Positions 60,777-64,000 of a stretch of 64,000 nt of DNA are shown here, one piece after another. Where the stretch lies: positions 1-64,000 of the forward strand of contig JAMPGY010000005.1 of assembly GCA_023663705.1 (NCBI GenBank). Direction: 5' to 3'. Positions within the stretch are counted from its first letter, which is position 1; the number at the start of each line of letters is the position of its first letter. The notes under the pieces are model-generated. The model saw only the letters and a program-made list of their open reading frames with translations, had not been told where the DNA came from and did no database searches. Position numbers and translations under genes: made by a program. This DNA is from Clostridium sp. GTDB lineage: Bacteria > Bacteroidota > Bacteroidia > Bacteroidales > Bacteroidaceae.

Positions 60777-61649
60777 TTATACTTCATACATTTCATCCTC
60801 TCTCATCCGCAAATAGCGATTGACAGACACATAGGAACACAACAAAGTCATCAACAAACCGAATGCCGCAACCGAACCGACCATAATCCATTCGTTGCGC
60901 ACGGTCATATACTCCGCCAAGGCCGCATCGTAACGGACAAGCGCCTGGATGCCGCCAACCAACAGCACGTTGGCCAACACGGCCGACACCAAACCGATGC
61001 CCATGCTGCGCCAGACAAACGGACGACGGATGAATCCCCAATTGGCCCCCACCAGTTTCATCGTGTGAATCAGAAAACGATGGGAATAGATGGACAGGCG
61101 GATTGTGCTGCTGATCAGTCCGAACGAAACAAACATCAGCAACGAGGCCAGCAGGAGCAAAACGAAACCGAGCTTACGGAGGTTCTCGTTCAGGTTGTCC
61201 ATCAGATCCTGTTGATACACGACATCACTCACCGGCTTGCCGGACTTGAATCTGCCGGTGATCCAGCACAGGCTGTCGGAATTGGCATAGTCCGCATTCA
61301 AAGTGATTTCCATTGTGGCCGAAAAGGGATTGGCTCCCAAGAACTCGGTCGGGTCACTGCCCATGGCTTCCGTCTGTTCCTTCAGCGCCTGTTCTTTCGA
61401 CACATACACCACTTTGTTGACAAACGCCTCTGTGCCCAGATAGGCTTCATAACGCTTTATCTCGGCGGAAGTGGCATCATCGTTCAACAGCAAGGTGACC
61501 GTAAGGTTTTCTTTCACGCTGTCGGACAAACTGCGTGCCGTGCACATGAAAAAGACCACCAAACCGATAAGCACAAGCACCATCGTTGTGCTGATACAGG
61601 ACGTGAATAACTGCATCCCCGTAAATCCCCGCCTTTTTTTCTTACTCAT
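60777..61649 (-). CDS. ftsX: Cell-division ABC-transporter permease-like protein FtsX
   Basis: 290 aa; N-terminal TM, periplasmic domain, three C-terminal TM helices. Confidence 0.8.
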   Translation of the reverse strand: MSKKKRRGFTGMQLFTSCISTTMVLVLIGLVVFFMCTARSLSDSVKENLTVTLLLNDDATSAEIKRYEAYLGTEAFVNKVVYVSKEQALKEQTEAMGSDPTEFLGANPFSATMEITLNADYANSDSLCWITGRFKSGKPVSDVVYQQDLMDNLNENLRKLGFVLLLLASLLMFVSFGLISSTIRLSIYSHRFLIHTMKLVGANWGFIRRPFVWRSMGIGLVSAVLANVLLVGGIQALVRYDAALAEYMTVRNEWIMVGSVAAFGLLMTLLCSYVSVNRYLRMREDEMYEV

Positions 61650-61707
61650 ACTCTAATTCCCGTTATGAAAAACTTCTCTTGACCTCGCTTGCAGACCGTC
61701 CGGCCGC

Positions 61708-63069
61708 TCATCCCGGCAAGGTATTTCCCACCGTATCATACGGCAAGCCCACCACCTCACCTTTGAGCGTGGCCGAAGAGCTCTCCGTGACACGGACACG
61801 CACAAACTGACCGATGCGGCAACCGGAACGGTCGAAAACCACCACCTTGTTCTGTTCCGTCCGACCGAACAGTTGCTCACCGGAACGCTTGCTCACGCCT
61901 TCGATCAGCACCTCATACTCCCGTCCCTCACATCGGCGGTTGCTTTCGGCCGACAGCTCATTCTGCAGGGCAATCAGCTCGTTCAGTCTGCGCACCTTAA
62001 TTTCTTCACACACGTCATCGGGCAGATGCTTGGACGCATAGGTGCCCGGACGCTCGGAATATTTGAACATGAAAGCGCTGTCGTAGGCACACTCACGCAT
62101 CAACGACAGGGACTCGGCATGTTCCTCTTCCGTTTCCGAACAGTAGCCGGCAAATATATCCGTAGACAACCCACAGTCCGGTACGATCCGGCGGATAGCC
62201 GCCACACGATCCAGATACCACTCGCGGGTGTATTTGCGGTTCATCAATTTCAGCACACGGTTGCTACCGCTCTGCACCGGCAGATGAATATGCCTGCACA
62301 CATTCGGCTCCCCGGCAATCACGCGCAAGGTCTCGTCGCTCATATCCTTGGGATGACTGGTGGTGAACCGGACACGCATTCCGGGAACCGCACGGGCCAC
62401 CGCACGCAACAAAGCTGGAAACGAGACCTTCTCTTCGCCCTCACCGGCCTGCCATGAATAGCTGTTCACATTCTGTCCCAGCAGCGTCACCTCCTTATAT
62501 CCCCGGGCGGCAAGATCCCTCACTTCGGTCAGGATGCTCTCCACATCCCGACTGCGTTCACGGCCACGTGTGTAGGGAACGATACAATAGTGACAGAAGT
62601 TGTTGCATCCGCGCATGATGCTTACGAAACCGGAGATACGATTGCCGCACACGCGCTCGGGCACCACCTCGCGATAAGTCTCCGTGGTGGAGAGCTCTAT
62701 GTTGATTGCTTTTTGTCCGGCCTCCACCTGAGCTATCAGATCCGGCAAAGACAGATAGGCGTCCGGACCGGCCACCAGGTCGGCATGATGCTCGTTGAGC
62801 AGGCCGTCCTTCACACGTTCGGCCATACAGCCCAACACACCCAGAATCAGTTTCCGGCCCTTTCGGCGCAGAGCATGGAGCGCCTCCAGCCGATGGATAA
62901 TCTTCTGTTCTGCATTATCGCGCACCGAACAGGTGTTCAGAAATACGGCATCCGCCTCGTCCAACTCCCCGCAGACCTCATATCCGGCCATCTTCATCAC
63001 CGATGCCACGACTTCACTGTCCGCCACATTCATCTGGCATCCATAGGTCTCTATCAATAGTTTCTTCAT
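61708..63069 (-). CDS. miaB: tRNA-2-methylthio-N6-dimethylallyladenosine synthase
   Basis: MTTase N-terminal Cys triad, radical-SAM CxxxCxxC (CNNFCHYC), TRAM domain. Confidence 0.92.
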   Translation of the reverse strand: MKKLLIETYGCQMNVADSEVVASVMKMAGYEVCGELDEADAVFLNTCSVRDNAEQKIIHRLEALHALRRKGRKLILGVLGCMAERVKDGLLNEHHADLVAGPDAYLSLPDLIAQVEAGQKAINIELSTTETYREVVPERVCGNRISGFVSIMRGCNNFCHYCIVPYTRGRERSRDVESILTEVRDLAARGYKEVTLLGQNVNSYSWQAGEGEEKVSFPALLRAVARAVPGMRVRFTTSHPKDMSDETLRVIAGEPNVCRHIHLPVQSGSNRVLKLMNRKYTREWYLDRVAAIRRIVPDCGLSTDIFAGYCSETEEEHAESLSLMRECAYDSAFMFKYSERPGTYASKHLPDDVCEEIKVRRLNELIALQNELSAESNRRCEGREYEVLIEGVSKRSGEQLFGRTEQNKVVVFDRSGCRIGQFVRVRVTESSSATLKGEVVGLPYDTVGNTLPG

Positions 63070-63357
63070 CCTTTTCTGAAATTTGCCTGCAAAGATACCA
63101 AAATAAATCGCCCGCGCGTAGGGAATACAAAGATGATTCTTCGGTAAAACCGTATTATTGTGTTAAAGAATTATAACGAACTGCATTTATACAGAAAAAG
63201 ATTTGGTAAAATTAGGCAAAAGAAGCAAATTTGCACATCAAATGTAAAAAACATTAGATTTTTTCATAGTTAAGGTTTAGTTTCAGAAAAGGGAGCTGTG
63301 AAGCCCCCTTTTTCTTTTCCCCCTCCGCCTTCAACGCGCATGCCGGAATTCTTTCGT

Positions 63358-63485
63358 CACACATACTGAAGACGCTTCGTTACACGTATTTAAGGTGCTT
63401 CATTACATGTACTTAAGGAGCTTTATTACATGTACTTAAGGAGCTTTATTACACATACTGAAGGAGCTTCGTTACACGTAACGAG
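63358..63485. repeat. 5.5 tandem copies of a 23-bp unit (TACAYRTAYTKAAGGWGCTTYRT), each unit containing short dyads (TACATGTA, CTTAAG)
   Basis: Units at 63358, 63381, 63404, 63427 (identical to previous), 63450, 63473 read directly. Confidence 0.75.
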
Positions 63486-63822
63486 TCCCCTCCGGTCGGT
63501 CTGACAAAGACATCCGTGGAGAGGGTGGCACCGACGGATCCATTCCGTCAGCCGACATACGGCTCTGGCCGGCCGGACTTTTCAGGAAATACATGAGTGC
63601 AAGGGGGCGTCGGGTGTAGAAATCGGGAGTTTTCATGAATGTTCGTTGATTTTGCCGGAAAAACATGTGTCATTGCAAATTCCTGACAAACAAATTATTA
63701 TGTATTTATATGACAGATATAACCCTTGTTTTGCAAACTTTTAAAAGTGAAAAAAGTAATTGGGCACCCCTTTAAAGGGTGGCGGACTTACTTTTTTTCT
63801 CGCGAAAGTTATAAAAGAATGT

Positions 63823-63847
63823 GTCATATCTGTCATATCTGTCATAC
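63823..63847. repeat. GTCATATCT x3 short tandem repeat
   Basis: gtcatatct gtcatatct gtcatac read in sequence. Confidence 0.6.
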
Positions 63848-64000
63848 AATGCTGCGATTTTGCCGTTCAAAATATAGCAACCTACCCATGTTTCCACTAC
63901 TAAAAACCTATAGATTTTTCCTTCTTACAAAAAAAAACTATAACTTTGTCACGATGTCATTCAATGAAAACCAACCGTAAAAGTATATGAATTATAACCG

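Noticed and set aside
61653-61880. 75-aa ORF overlapping the 3' end of miaB
   Set aside because: It lies on the same strand in another frame, entirely within or abutting the miaB TRAM domain coding region. Its Arg/Trp-rich composition suggests an artefact.
63358-63485. CRISPR array
   Set aside because: Repeats are directly contiguous with no spacers, there are only about 5 units of 23 bp, and there are no cas genes. The same reasoning applies to the two iteron arrays in the islet.
63472-63980. ORFs 63472..63666(-) and 63726..63980(+) in the AT-rich region upstream of miaB
   Set aside because: They are low-complexity translations of repeat DNA (e.g. MCHICHICHTM from the GTCATATCT x3 repeat) and have no coding signal.

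Overview
Reading: a 64-kb Bacteroidales-type chromosomal segment at roughly 50% GC, which I take as Bacteroidales because the promoters fit the TAnnTTTG -7 box rather than a Shine-Dalgarno pattern, two proteins carry T9SS C-terminal sorting domains, and there are DUF4252/DUF4271/DUF3098/DUF2723 families. It is densely packed with conserved housekeeping genes. On the plus strand from 5.9 to 18.7 kb: a NUDIX hydrolase, topA, aroK, speA, argB, an ECF sigma/anti-sigma/DUF4252 triad, a DUF45 (YgjP-like) metallopeptidase and a GH2 beta-galactosidase with a discoidin domain. The rest is mostly minus-strand: a flotillin/NfeD pair, ribF, a Ca-type P-type ATPase, znuAC-like genes, purD, a DPP-IV-like S9 peptidase, a THUMP RNA methyltransferase, cysE, two tRNA-Gln genes, tyrS, tatD-yidD-rnpA-hemD-DUF4271-LOG-metK, an LRR plus transglutaminase-like surface protein, and folK-queA-truB-uppP-DUF3098-ftsX-miaB. 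Departures from this ordinary backbone:
- A roughly 3-kb islet immediately 3' of a tRNA-Met(CAT) gene (27.6-30.7 kb). It holds a DUF4143 AAA+ ATPase with a small acidic partner protein, a degraded IS3-family element (intact orfA, truncated orfB), two different 21-24-bp iteron-like arrays, and two copies of a tight palindrome built from IS3-like terminal-repeat sequence.
- A 538-bp element bounded by 88-bp near-perfect inverted repeats (2952-3489) with nested internal dyads, MITE-like or invertible-segment-like.
- A 5.5-copy 23-bp tandem array of dyad-symmetric units upstream of miaB.
- An unusually long metK leader (277 nt) containing a possible SAM-II-like motif or a small ORF.
- An AT-rich pocket with a gene lacking an ATG start.
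- A Gly-rich 58-aa small ORF downstream of a T9SS cargo gene.
No CRISPR array, rRNA or intact prophage is evident. All functional calls are from motif-level reading of the translated ORFs without database searches.
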